Assembly (NCBI GenBank): GCA_023334545.1
Contig: JAADVB010000135.1
Coordinates: 1 to 50,492 of the forward strand
DNA length: 50,492 nucleotides
Direction: 5' to 3'
Source: Salisapilia sapeloensis CBS 127946
Lineage: Eukaryota; Protista; Oomycota
Positions 23,301 through 32,153 of the stretch are shown here, in pieces (position 1 is the stretch's first letter; the number at the start of each line of letters is the position of its first letter). The notes below the pieces were generated by a model. The model had not been told where the DNA came from. It did no database searches and saw nothing but the letters and a program-made list of their open reading frames with translations. The position numbers and the translations under genes were made by a program.

Positions 23301-23823
23301 TGCTCGACTCGGTGGCGAGAGATTCACGCCACATGCTGCGTCGAGTCTAGAGCTGCTCAAGGACGTGATCGCGCATCCGGATGCCCAGTCCGATGCTCGA
23401 CGGAATGCATCGGACAATGCCGTCGCAGCGATTGGACTCATCTGTGTCCACCATGCGAACGCCGTGGACGTTGCGACGATCGTTCCGCAGTGGCTCGGTA
23501 TGCTGCCGCTTACGGGCGATCTGGAAGAATCGGTTGCCGTCACCTCTCGACTATGTGAATATGTGAGTTTAGAGAACGCGACGGTGCTTGGAGAGAGCGG
23601 AGAGAACGTATCGAAAGTGGTGTCTGTTTTGGCAGAAGTGGCTGCCAACAGAGAGACGTTCGTGGAGCGTGTAGGAGAAGACGAAGCACGGGAGCAGAAC
23701 TCGCAGATCGCCGCGGCGTTAGCGAAGATCCGGTCGATGCTGTCGGAAGAGACACTAGCACCTGCATGGGCCTCGTTGACACCTGCACAACAGTATGCTG
23801 TGCACACGCTGTTCGCACAGTAG
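20389..23823 (+). CDS. IPO5: Importin-5 / karyopherin beta-3 (RanBP5/Pse1-like), intronless, about 1144 aa
   Basis: HEAT repeats with RSLAAVLLRR, RQLAMEFLVSLAE, DW..RHAAL..L, HPRV, RLQAHA..AL, LECISIIG.AVG..F, RTSVLEEKATAC, IRSAA, QAASYG.GV.A, DNAVAAIG, WL..LP...DLEE. Confidence 0.92.
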   Translation: MDSMGDWDGLLQHLLSSDNSARNDAENRFSQLKYEHCDATLVALLDVIHSRRDDAVRSLAAVLLRRVLLRDTVSLWPRASTDTRERVKSELLAIVQDEVNRSIRRKTCDIVGELGSTLLADKEWPALLPTLLQWLTPSASVELRESTLRVFERLAIYLASELESEDDIDQSQPLDVTLLNALAACLQDGQGRVTLNAVRALGMIVIQLESLENTRQELLQATVPLVLQALHRFIQMQDFDTVMEVLEVLIEMTEPNASYFTPCLREVVALMTQLSDVQDNPNVPNGCRQLAMEFLVSLAEQAPSRCRRLKNNGFVSQVYPVTFRMMLELPDKDTWSVMNCGDEAEDEDGPSQDISNFDVGSEALERLVSAIGPRKSLPVCFSLIQEYVTRQDDWVCRHAALVGLCQILEVIPPTELETIVQSLTTHAYDPHPRVCCTAIDVIGQLSVDQTPQFQQGFHDQALPILLRYVSDNDHVRLQAHAATALRQFVDLCPPEIVTPYLESILQPLMTALQYNNSTRIVQEQIITAIGSVATVSGSSFTQYYSVVMPTLHTILLSCLQAATKIKSNNISGGPLTLAGIALECISIIGVAVGNAVFANDAHAVLKIMAEMHNTPHMVGDDNLRTYLLQAWARFCTCLKQDVAPYLPVVMPTLLDAATQQAEFEVDPSQLTDDDDTDGDTDRESYAGDGIQLAQVNDKYLRIRTSVLEEKATACQLLASIVSDLEEAFFPYAEQVTQVLAPLLTDSVHSDIRSAAVEAMGALLRCVALAATNDESIKQMLDYVLGRLVHALTSEPELKLVLSIMQSMKKCIMEARSRHALIGLNAAQLKELVKALLVILADSFQRRVERRGREMSDDEESVEEDEEELELEADLPFVLADCVGTLAQTHQEAFFPIFQRLLWDKLVELTDPQCLDEDRQLALYILDDVLEHCGVPAMERLDTMLPTLLHVLKTSQDAPSCQQAASYGVGVCARLGGERFTPHAASSLELLKDVIAHPDAQSDARRNASDNAVAAIGLICVHHANAVDVATIVPQWLGMLPLTGDLEESVAVTSRLCEYVSLENATVLGESGENVSKVVSVLAEVAANRETFVERVGEDEAREQNSQIAAALAKIRSMLSEETLAPAWASLTPAQQYAVHTLFAQ

Positions 23824-24189
23824 GAAGCGACTTGTGAAAACTATTCTGATAGCATCGTTTTTGGACCACCTTTTTTAACGCGTAGTAGCAAAGTTTCTAC
23901 TAGAGAAGCGACGTAAGACATGAAATACATCTCTACATTTCTTGAACATTCGCAAGCAGATTCGAACAACTCTTCCAACTGGAGAATTCTTTCGTCCGAG
24001 AAGGATGAATTGTGTATTCTTCGATGTAAATGTTTTAGACACGGTTGCACTTTATCCCGAGCACTCGATAATTGCTTTCTTTGATGACAGGCTGTAATCG
24101 CGTAGTTCTCTAGCCTCGTATGAAGATATATGATCGTCATTGTAGGTCCTTGAGTCCATCCGACCTCCTGTATAGCGACATTAAATAAG

Positions 24190-24626
24190 AGCACTTGGAG
24201 CACATGGCCCAATGTGCGCTCTTGATGTGATAGCAGTTAGATGGAACTCCTGTATAGCTGTCCTTGAGAGCTGGTTAGACGAAGTGAGCATACTCAACAT
24301 TGCAGAAGTTACATATAAGGCTTGTAAGTTCTAGTTTGGAGGCAGATACACCAAGATCGAAGCTTTACATTTGGCTTACTATCTGTGCTATCACTGTACA
24401 TGTCGAGGGGCCATATGAGATAAATGGCTTAACCAGGTATTGGGAGGATACTGCGCGATACTTAGCCTACATATCATCCACAAGCAGAGCAGAACAGTGT
24501 TCGCTGTGCTTATCGTACCGAATACTTCCTCGTACCATTTTAGTGTATAAGCGAAACACAGGTGGGATGAAGATTGGTCTTATTTCGAAGCGAAGTACTG
24601 AGCTCCAACAATGGTTTCTAGATTGA
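24190..24626 (+). mobile_element. Possible highly decayed hAT-type transposase relic
   Basis: Motif-like fragments in hAT order: LDVIAVRWNSCIAVLESWL and ALHLAYYL in one frame (separated by TAG at 24332), then YWEDTARYLAYISSTSRAEQCS in another frame. Spacing far shorter than a real transposase; no TIR or TSD found. Confidence 0.2.
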
Positions 24627-26145
24627 AGCGTACCGCACTGTACACGAAGTAGTTTATGTACAGCTAAACCACTCAAAAGACACACTTAAAAGGCTCTTTG
24701 AAGGAATATGTGATCAAGCGAGAAGTTAGACATCATATGCAAACAAAACAGGAGTACGAAGCGGTATCCATATCCAAATTACCGGTAGTGTGACCCTTTG
24801 TATTCACCAAAAGATTGAAAATGGATACATTCGACATTGAAATGCTTGGATCAGTGTTTAAGCTCAAAACATGAGGACATCCAAAAGGGCATGGAATTCA
24901 AAGCATGGACAATTCGCCAAAGAGATGAATCCAAGTTTCTGCAAGATCAACGTCCTAACAACCTGTTTAGTAAATTGTTTCGTACGTTCACACAAAAAGT
25001 GAGCTTGCGTTTCAGATTATGGACGAGCAAGTAGATTACGGTCAGGGTAGTAGCGCTTGCTATCATGGAATCTTTACTCCACTAGATCAGGTTGTAAACG
25101 TATGCTCTATTAGGATACAGATCAGCATCTTGAACTGTTTAAAGTCCAGGGACTTGACACTGTCCATTGCTACAGGAGGGCACATCTTTATGATAATGCG
25201 TTCATGAAAAGTCCATTCGTCAGACTATCATGTATGTACTATGTATTCATCGATAACATCCCGTCTTTGCGGTGCAATGATCAGACTCCGCTTTTGACTT
25301 CAATTGTAGGTCTCTCTACTATCATAAACGCTTGGTACATCTATGCATTGATGCATACCGTTTGTGCGTTACGAGAGTAAACATGGGTCGATGATCTCGC
25401 TATAATTCGATTTCTCTCTAGTGTTGCTACGTCGATCTAGCTTTTAAGTCATGAAGCTATACATGGTAGCTTATGTGCCGCAATCTTTGGTCGAGAATTG
25501 GTTGAGAGGCTGGTTGTGTCTCCCGCCGTGGCGTCGCACAAGTGCTCGCTTAAAAATCGCATAGTGTCTATAGCTAGAGTTGGTAACGAAATAAACATCT
25601 AATCTTGTTAAGCGGGTCCTTTGCGCTTTGTAAATACCTCCGACTTGTCAATTTCCCACTATTTTGGTAGTCAGGACGTACAAGAGGCAAATATTTATTG
25701 GAAGACAGCATTTTAGAAAGTCTGGTGATGCTTCTACATTTGTAGCTAGAGACTTTAAGAAGTGTCCAGCCTGATCCTGTTCCCTCGGAGGTTACAAAGA
25801 TGCTCATAAAGGGAGACCGAGAGAACATAAAGTGGCCCGCACAGTATGATTTCGTTTGCTTGTCATCTGGACACATCGTCTGCAGGAGCTTGGATTCCAA
25901 ACTTTTTGCCTTCATGAGAGACCTTTCACTCTGATCCTGTTCAAGAAGATACAGCAAAGACTGTACTTGAACCGCTACAAGCACCCAAATGTTGGCTACG
26001 TCAGTCAGTTACTTGTCCTAAGGCATGCTATCATAGATAGCGCAAGACGTGGAAAGCGTGATAGAGGGGGGTGGTAACCGACGCACGCCAGAAGTACTTC
26101 CCGCCGTATCGTCTCCACTTATGGAAATCACACTGTACCTTCTTG

Positions 26146-26161
26146 CCATTCTTTAATTTGC
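26146..26161 (+). promoter_or_regulatory. Inr-FPR core promoter of the second START-FYVE gene
   Basis: CCATTCT-TT-AATTTGC matches Inr (YCAYTYY) and FPR (MWTTTNC) exactly, ending about 24 nt before ATG 26185. Confidence 0.6.
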
Positions 26162-26184
26162 ACGCTCATAAAGTCTTCCGACCC

Positions 26185-27720
26185 ATGATCATGGAATGGA
26201 AAGGAAATGCGTACGAAGGTTTCTCCCTTACGGAGGACAAGAAGGCGGACTGCAAACGCATCGCGATGATACTCGTTCACGAAGCTCTCCGACATTACCG
26301 AAAGTTTGATAGCTCAGAGCCTCGTGAAATGGACAGGAAGCGTTGGAAGCCAATTAAGTCCACCAACAATGTAACCATGTACCGTGAGCGGCACCCATCT
26401 CGGCGCGTGGTGAAAGACTCACACAATGATAGTGCTGGCTGGCAGATGCCTCGTGTAATTATCGGCAATGGGACGGTCTCGAAAAACTTTGATGACCTCT
26501 TGTACGGTCTCGCGTACGGCGATGAGGCAGCAGGTTTGCAAGGAGTAAGCTACGCTGGTACACACATACCAAATGCCCAGATTCTCTCGCGGATTGAAAA
26601 GCCCAGTTTAGAGCACCCATATCGTTCCACTTGTCTCCAGTGGCACACAGGCAGTCCGAGTCCAGCGCTCCGAGGGATTGTTAAAGACCGAGACGCTGTC
26701 TACATTCGATCGACTGGAGTGCTTCAAGTTGGTAAAGGCGAGCGCATTGGTTATAATCTGACGCATTCACTCGACCTCCCGTCTACTCCTCCGCTGGAAG
26801 GACAAGGCATCATACGTTGCCGTCTTTCATCTTGTACCCTTTTTAAGCCCCTTGCGGATGAGTCGGTCGAAGTGTTTATTAAAGGATTTTATGAAGTATT
26901 TGGAAACGATGTGCTCGACTCCATCGCTGTCGTCACCGTCGCCGATGCACTCATGGATAATTGGGTCTCTGGCCAGTGTGCGAAGATGAAGAAACTATCA
27001 TGGGTTCTTCAGAGAAAAGATGCGGACAGGAATGATGTTATGGACGCTGTTGATGCGGGCGGAGTTGTGAGCAGGTCGGAATGTCGGACCTGCAAAAGGC
27101 GATTTGGCCCTCTACGAAAGGCTTACCCATGCACATTGTGTGAATCGTCTACTTGTCGCAAGTGCATTCTTCCCATCGAGCTGCTCGACGTCGTTCCCGA
27201 TTTGATGTTAATGACCAGTAACGTTCGCCTCTGCCCAGCTTGCGACGCATTTATAAGCCAAGCCAGTTCGTACAAAGTTGCCCAACAAGAAATATTAGCT
27301 GGACGGTATGAAAACGAAAGCACTGGGTCGACAGTCATGGAACCGTACAGGATCTACATGCTAGAGGACAGCACGAGTGATTTGTCCGGCAAAGAATCCT
27401 GCGCTGGTGAAATATATGAGTTTGACTCGGACCAATTCAGCCCGTCGACGGAAGGTTCACTAGTCGCCTTTGCCGAGCTGACATCGTCACTGGATGACCC
27501 TCAGGTCTTTGAGTCCAGGAGAAAAATGTCGGTGGAAACATCTCTCGCCCAAGGCACTGCGGACGATGAAGACGAACTGGAAGCTCTGATTGAAAACGTA
27601 TGGAGGAGCAGCATTTCGGAACTCGATGTAAGAGACCAAGAGCGCGATCGGCAGTTGGCGTGGTTAAAGATGACAGAGTTGCGACTTCGACAGGAAGATT
27701 CGGCAACTATGGGACTATAG
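26185..27720 (+). CDS. START-like domain plus degenerate FYVE-type zinc finger protein with acidic tail, about 511 aa
   Basis: ATG 26185 supported by the Inr-FPR. Motifs RWKPIKS..NVTMYRE, G......DDLLYG, ILSRIE.PS.E.PYRS..LQW, VKDRD.VYI.STG, GERIGY.L.HS..LP, KMKKLSW, then CRTC...CTLC...CRKC...CPAC. Confidence 0.85.
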   Translation: MIMEWKGNAYEGFSLTEDKKADCKRIAMILVHEALRHYRKFDSSEPREMDRKRWKPIKSTNNVTMYRERHPSRRVVKDSHNDSAGWQMPRVIIGNGTVSKNFDDLLYGLAYGDEAAGLQGVSYAGTHIPNAQILSRIEKPSLEHPYRSTCLQWHTGSPSPALRGIVKDRDAVYIRSTGVLQVGKGERIGYNLTHSLDLPSTPPLEGQGIIRCRLSSCTLFKPLADESVEVFIKGFYEVFGNDVLDSIAVVTVADALMDNWVSGQCAKMKKLSWVLQRKDADRNDVMDAVDAGGVVSRSECRTCKRRFGPLRKAYPCTLCESSTCRKCILPIELLDVVPDLMLMTSNVRLCPACDAFISQASSYKVAQQEILAGRYENESTGSTVMEPYRIYMLEDSTSDLSGKESCAGEIYEFDSDQFSPSTEGSLVAFAELTSSLDDPQVFESRRKMSVETSLAQGTADDEDELEALIENVWRSSISELDVRDQERDRQLAWLKMTELRLRQEDSATMGL

Positions 27721-29241
27721 GAAGAAGAAACATGTTGATTGAATTGTAATTAGTTTGAGCTTAATAAGAAGGTGTACTTTGCGGTAGTAGACTTTGTCTA
27801 AGAATATCTTTTACCATGGTCGCTTCACTTGTGACGCTTTCGGAGTACACTTGCTTTGGACGCTTTGAGGTATGCTGCCGCTTTATTTAATCAATTGTTT
27901 TCATGAATTTCATCCGCAAGCCATTGACGTTTTCGCTGTTTTACTGACGTGCACTATCTTTTGTTCCTGCTACCGCTAATTTCCATCAGCGAAACCATGC
28001 TTGTTGCCTCTCGATCCATCGCTCCACTGCAAGTCTATTGAAGTAATTTCCATCTCCAGTTCAGTGGATGCATAGCTGATTTCCTATTTAAATCTTAGAT
28101 ACGAGTAGGAATCGAATAGCGGACATGATGTTTAAGCCGAGAAACAGTGCGTGAAGTATTTTGGAAATACCAAGGAAGGAAGATGCACACATATTCATAG
28201 CCAAAGTAGTTGTGTGCTTCGGAAGAGAATAGTATCCTCATTTGCGTTTGCACATATATGACTTACTTGCTGAAGCAGGCAATGCTCAGTCGCTGGAGTT
28301 GAAACAGACCGAGGTGATGGTTTGTACTTGAATAAAGTGGGGGTTTGTTGCTTAATACTTAGAAGCGAGCGTTGCTACTGCACTGATAAACGACTCACTC
28401 TTCATTTCTTAAGATGCATGACCATTTCTTGTGTCGATGTTGTGATGATACCGACCCATGCGCTGTACGGTACAATAGGCCGTTGGTCTTACCGATACTC
28501 CTGATCCTCCAGTTAACAAATTTCCCTCTTTCTATTTCCACAGCAGCTTGTGGTAATTAAATATTGTAAACCTTGGTGCAGCTCAAGTCTCTTCATGTGC
28601 CACCAATGCACAATCTTTTATTTTTCAGTGGATACACTGCATTACTGGTAATCTGGTGAAGGATATCAACCCGACTTTTTTGCTGCAACTTTTAATGGCT
28701 CGTGCATTCCCGCTTTACCGCATAGCCGCTTACACCACACACATTGTTTTAGCTACAGTATTTACCAAAAACACTTTTTGCTCTGTCGAGCAATACTTGC
28801 TTGAGGTCACATCGTTTTGAGCGAAATAAGCTCTACCCTTTCCTTGCATTCAAGCTGTCCACACATGAACTATCGGGCCGAGACGCTGCGAATATCTATA
28901 GATTGATTAGCATGAACGCGTATGCGCACACTATCTGAGAAATATGCAACGAGAGGTGACATAGCATCTGGATTTCACACCTCTGACGCCAATCAGGACT
29001 ACTTCAGAAAACGGAGTAGATGGCCGATCTTTACCCGGGAAATCCTCTCTCGTGGACTGAACGTCGAAGAACTAGGCCAATTAGATGCATCAAAGCCTCT
29101 ATCTCTCTTCCTATTTTCATCACGTTTCAGGCTAGCGTTAGTTATTCAACTCTGGCTCGCCCAAATCATCACCTAGACTTCCACAATAGAACTTCCCATC
29201 TCCAAAGCACACACAATCAAAAACGCGATAACAAAACACTG

Positions 29242-30489
29242 ATGGCGGCGCGGAAAGCTGCAGGAGAATCGTTGATCTGGTCACGATGGTCGTTCGAGAG
29301 ACTTAATGCGGGACCTCCGGATGCAGATAACGTTAAGCACCGTCGCCTTAAAAACCGTGACTCCATGCGGAGGTCTCGGCAGCGACGCAAAGAAATGGTC
29401 CAATCTCTCAGAGACCAAGTCAAAGAGCTAGAGGAATATTATGAGCAACTTGTACAGACAGAAAATACTTCGAATGAGGATGACGAGCGTGCGAATACTT
29501 TAGAGGAGCTGAAACGCCTAGGCAGCGAAAATCTCTCCCTCTCCACGTCGCTTCAGCAATATCAAGCCATTTGGCAAAAGCTAGATGTTGTTAGATGCTC
29601 TGTTGCAACGCGGGAGTCAGAGAAGTCAGCCAAAGAGATTATAAGGAATTTGGACCTGGAAGAAGCGCAAGTGATGTTTGGCTTCCAACGCATGAAAGAG
29701 AAAGATGTGTATGCGATTGCCATTAAATCTGAGCGAAATTTGCGCAACGTCCAGCGTCGACTGCTTGCTCCAGATCCACTCATTAAGTCCACTTCCATAT
29801 ACAACAACCCATCAATGGGCAATCGTAGATACACTATCTTTGGCTGGAATGTGAGCGAAACTATGGATACTTCCAATGAAGTTCGGTACGTCTATCGTAA
29901 AAGATTCCACGGTGTTTCACCGTTTAATCTCATGACCAAGACGTGGAATACTTGTAGTAACTTGACAGACTTTAATCGTGTCAGGTCCGAAACAGAAAGG
30001 CTTGACATTCTCCAACAAGTCAGTCCAGATATATACATAGCTGGTTGTGATATACGACATGCAGACTCGCCGTCAACCTTCCGGTCTCTCATTGTCGTCT
30101 ATCGCTTTGATCGTCCTTCTTGCACGAGCCAAATGTCACACTCCTTTAATGATGAATTGGCCGTGATAAACGGACGACCGAATAGTCCTGGATATGTAAT
30201 CGGATGCCAGTCGATCAATCCCATTCGACATGAAGCAGAGAATAATACCGACGATTCTTGCATAGTGTGGGCCGACGTTACGATGCTACATGAGTTCATC
30301 AGTGTCCAAGAGGATGGAAGTGCCGTTGACAGTACAACTGCAGAAGACGACAAGTATTGTGAAGTTCGGTTTACAGCTTGCACAAATTACAAGAGTCCAA
30401 AAAATGCGCGTCGAAACTCAATTGATACCATGTCACTCATATTAAGATGGGAAGAGCTTCACATTGGTCCGGTGATACAAATTTGCTAA
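29242..30489 (+). CDS. bZIP transcription factor with C-terminal putative START-like domain, paralog 1, about 415 aa
   Basis: Basic region RRLKNRDSMRRSRQRRK (N-x7-R) and heptad leucines LRDQVKELEEYYEQL. C-terminal domain closely parallels the 34365-35600 paralog. Confidence 0.85.
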   Translation: MAARKAAGESLIWSRWSFERLNAGPPDADNVKHRRLKNRDSMRRSRQRRKEMVQSLRDQVKELEEYYEQLVQTENTSNEDDERANTLEELKRLGSENLSLSTSLQQYQAIWQKLDVVRCSVATRESEKSAKEIIRNLDLEEAQVMFGFQRMKEKDVYAIAIKSERNLRNVQRRLLAPDPLIKSTSIYNNPSMGNRRYTIFGWNVSETMDTSNEVRYVYRKRFHGVSPFNLMTKTWNTCSNLTDFNRVRSETERLDILQQVSPDIYIAGCDIRHADSPSTFRSLIVVYRFDRPSCTSQMSHSFNDELAVINGRPNSPGYVIGCQSINPIRHEAENNTDDSCIVWADVTMLHEFISVQEDGSAVDSTTAEDDKYCEVRFTACTNYKSPKNARRNSIDTMSLILRWEELHIGPVIQIC

Positions 30490-31271
30490 TTTTCAATATC
30501 ATCACCATTCGGATAGTCCTGACTGCTTACCATTGTATTTTTATATTTTCACCAAGCAAAGCATGCTTACACTCAAGTTGGCTTCAATTCGAGGATATTT
30601 TAACGAAGAACTTCGTCAAAGTTGGGCGATTATAGACAGAATATTCCCTCACACGTACCTAATATATCGATCGTGGTCTTTTGAGCCCGGTTTTGAGTCA
30701 GACTATTTCATAAAAACCTTGATCATTTGAATTGTAGTGTGATGTGGCTAGCGTATTCTTTTGATACACTTACTGTTCGAGATATAGAGCTCGCATCGCC
30801 ACCAAATATTCCAACACGCTTAAAAATTCCCCATGAAGCGATACAATAAACTCGGCCCTGGTAACCTTAGCATCCTGCAGTATTATTTTGATCAAAAGAT
30901 AACTCAATGAAAAATCGCTGGTCTGGACTAGGGCAAACCAGCAGTATTGGAAAGTCATTGTGTACTTTTGAGAGCCGAATACGAGCCGGACCTCCCATCA
31001 TTTGAATGCATACAGCGCATATAGTTTAAATATATTTACATACTTTAATTGTTGAAAATGATTTATGTGTACCACATACCATACAGGACGACAGTTTTCC
31101 ACGACACGAAAAGATGATGAGAAGGTGGCAAGCATAGGAATGGTTCAAAAAGATGCTAATTCTTCCTCAAATGCACTTATCTTGAAAAGTCTCTTATCAT
31201 CGATGCCATGCAATACCACAAAAACGAAATGACATCTAGAAAACTGATGCTTGAGCGACCAAATCGTCGTC

Positions 31272-32117
31272 TTAGTTGCGACGGAGCTTGGCACCGCAGC
31301 CAGTTGCCGGCGCGTCCCCGTTATCGTTGGTCTCAGTAGCGGCACCGTTCGCTGCAGCAGGTTTCTGCTCGTCATACACTTGCTCCTCTGCTTGGGTATC
31401 ACCGTTCTGTTCGTTCACAACCTCGTCAATTGGCGTCTCATCAGGAGCTTTGGTAGCATCTGCGTTCTCGTTCGCCTGCTCATACTCCTGCTCTTCAGCC
31501 TGGGTATCGCCGTTAGCTTCGTTCTGAACTTCTGGGCTTTCTCGCTCAGCCGGCGCCGGCGCAACAAGCGGCACACAGTTCTTGTATACTTGCCATGACC
31601 ACTCGTTCTTTAAGAAACGGATTCCAAGCCAGTACCAACGAAGCGTACAGCTGTCGCCACAGGAGCTGTAGTCAAACTCATGTGTCTTGCCTGGAAATTC
31701 CGCGTTACAGTTCTGGCCAGACTGCACGAGCGTATCGTCGAGCCAAACTTCACAAGGACCATCATGGGTGTAGCCCGTGAGACGGAAGGTACCCGTGTCC
31801 GGGATCGGGACCGGAGTGCCCATAACGCTGTGACCACACTCAAAGTCCATACCCGGGTCAACCGTGTATAGGTTTCGGTCGTCCATCATGTCACGTAAAG
31901 TTGAATATCCACGAGATTGCATGAAGCCTGGCAAGTCGTCGCTAGTAGGCACGCCTGCACCTTCGAGGAAGGCAAGGGGATTGAACCATTCACTACGTGT
32001 TTCCGTGTCCCATGCAGGAGGTGGCAGAATAACGTAAGCATGGCCGTCTACCGACGGCATGAAGGTAGCAACAGCAAGAGCTGAAGCCGCGGTACCAACA
32101 ACGAATCCGGTCTTCAT
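31272..32117 (-). CDS. Secreted AA17-like lytic polysaccharide monooxygenase with acidic low-complexity tail, 281 aa
   Basis: 25-aa signal peptide ending VDG followed by His26 (codon 32040-32042). Motifs ECG, YTHDGPCEVW.D, NC, C..C.LRWYWL, WQVYKNC as in oomycete AA17 proteins; E/A/N/Q/D-rich tail ending GCGAKLRRN. Confidence 0.82.
   Translation of the reverse strand: MKTGFVVGTAASALAVATFMPSVDGHAYVILPPPAWDTETRSEWFNPLAFLEGAGVPTSDDLPGFMQSRGYSTLRDMMDDRNLYTVDPGMDFECGHSVMGTPVPIPDTGTFRLTGYTHDGPCEVWLDDTLVQSGQNCNAEFPGKTHEFDYSSCGDSCTLRWYWLGIRFLKNEWSWQVYKNCVPLVAPAPAERESPEVQNEANGDTQAEEQEYEQANENADATKAPDETPIDEVVNEQNGDTQAEEQVYDEQKPAAANGAATETNDNGDAPATGCGAKLRRN
31374..31523 (-). repeat. Internal duplication in the LPMO tail, 2 x 42 nt, 108 nt apart
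   Basis: 31482-31523 encodes NEANGDTQAEEQEY and 31374-31415 encodes NEQNGDTQAEEQVY (12/14 aa identical). Confidence 0.85.
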
Positions 32118-32137
32118 CTTGATGGAGGCGAAAGCGA

Positions 32138-32153
32138 GCAAATTTGATAATGA
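32138..32153 (-). promoter_or_regulatory. Inr-FPR core promoter of the LPMO gene
   Basis: Minus strand TCATTAT-CA-AATTTGC; FPR exact, Inr with one mismatch, ending about 20 nt before ATG 32117. Confidence 0.55.

Noticed and set aside
23841-24212. 123-aa minus-strand ORF next to importin-5
   Set aside because: TTG start, no motifs, no promoter element; likely spurious.
24880-25200. Fragments resembling helicase C-terminal motifs (KINVLTT, YGRASR, QGLD)
   Set aside because: Interrupted by several stops, with wrong order and spacing and no DEAD/Walker motifs.
25574-25984. 136-aa minus-strand ORF
   Set aside because: Non-ATG start, no recognisable domain or coding-like composition.
26071-26184. 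ORF-track N-terminal extensions from GTG/TTG starts (also 14727, 20323, 29020, 34290)
   Set aside because: Eukaryotic context; downstream ATGs fit family N-termini and, at 26185, an exact Inr-FPR lies inside the supposed extension.
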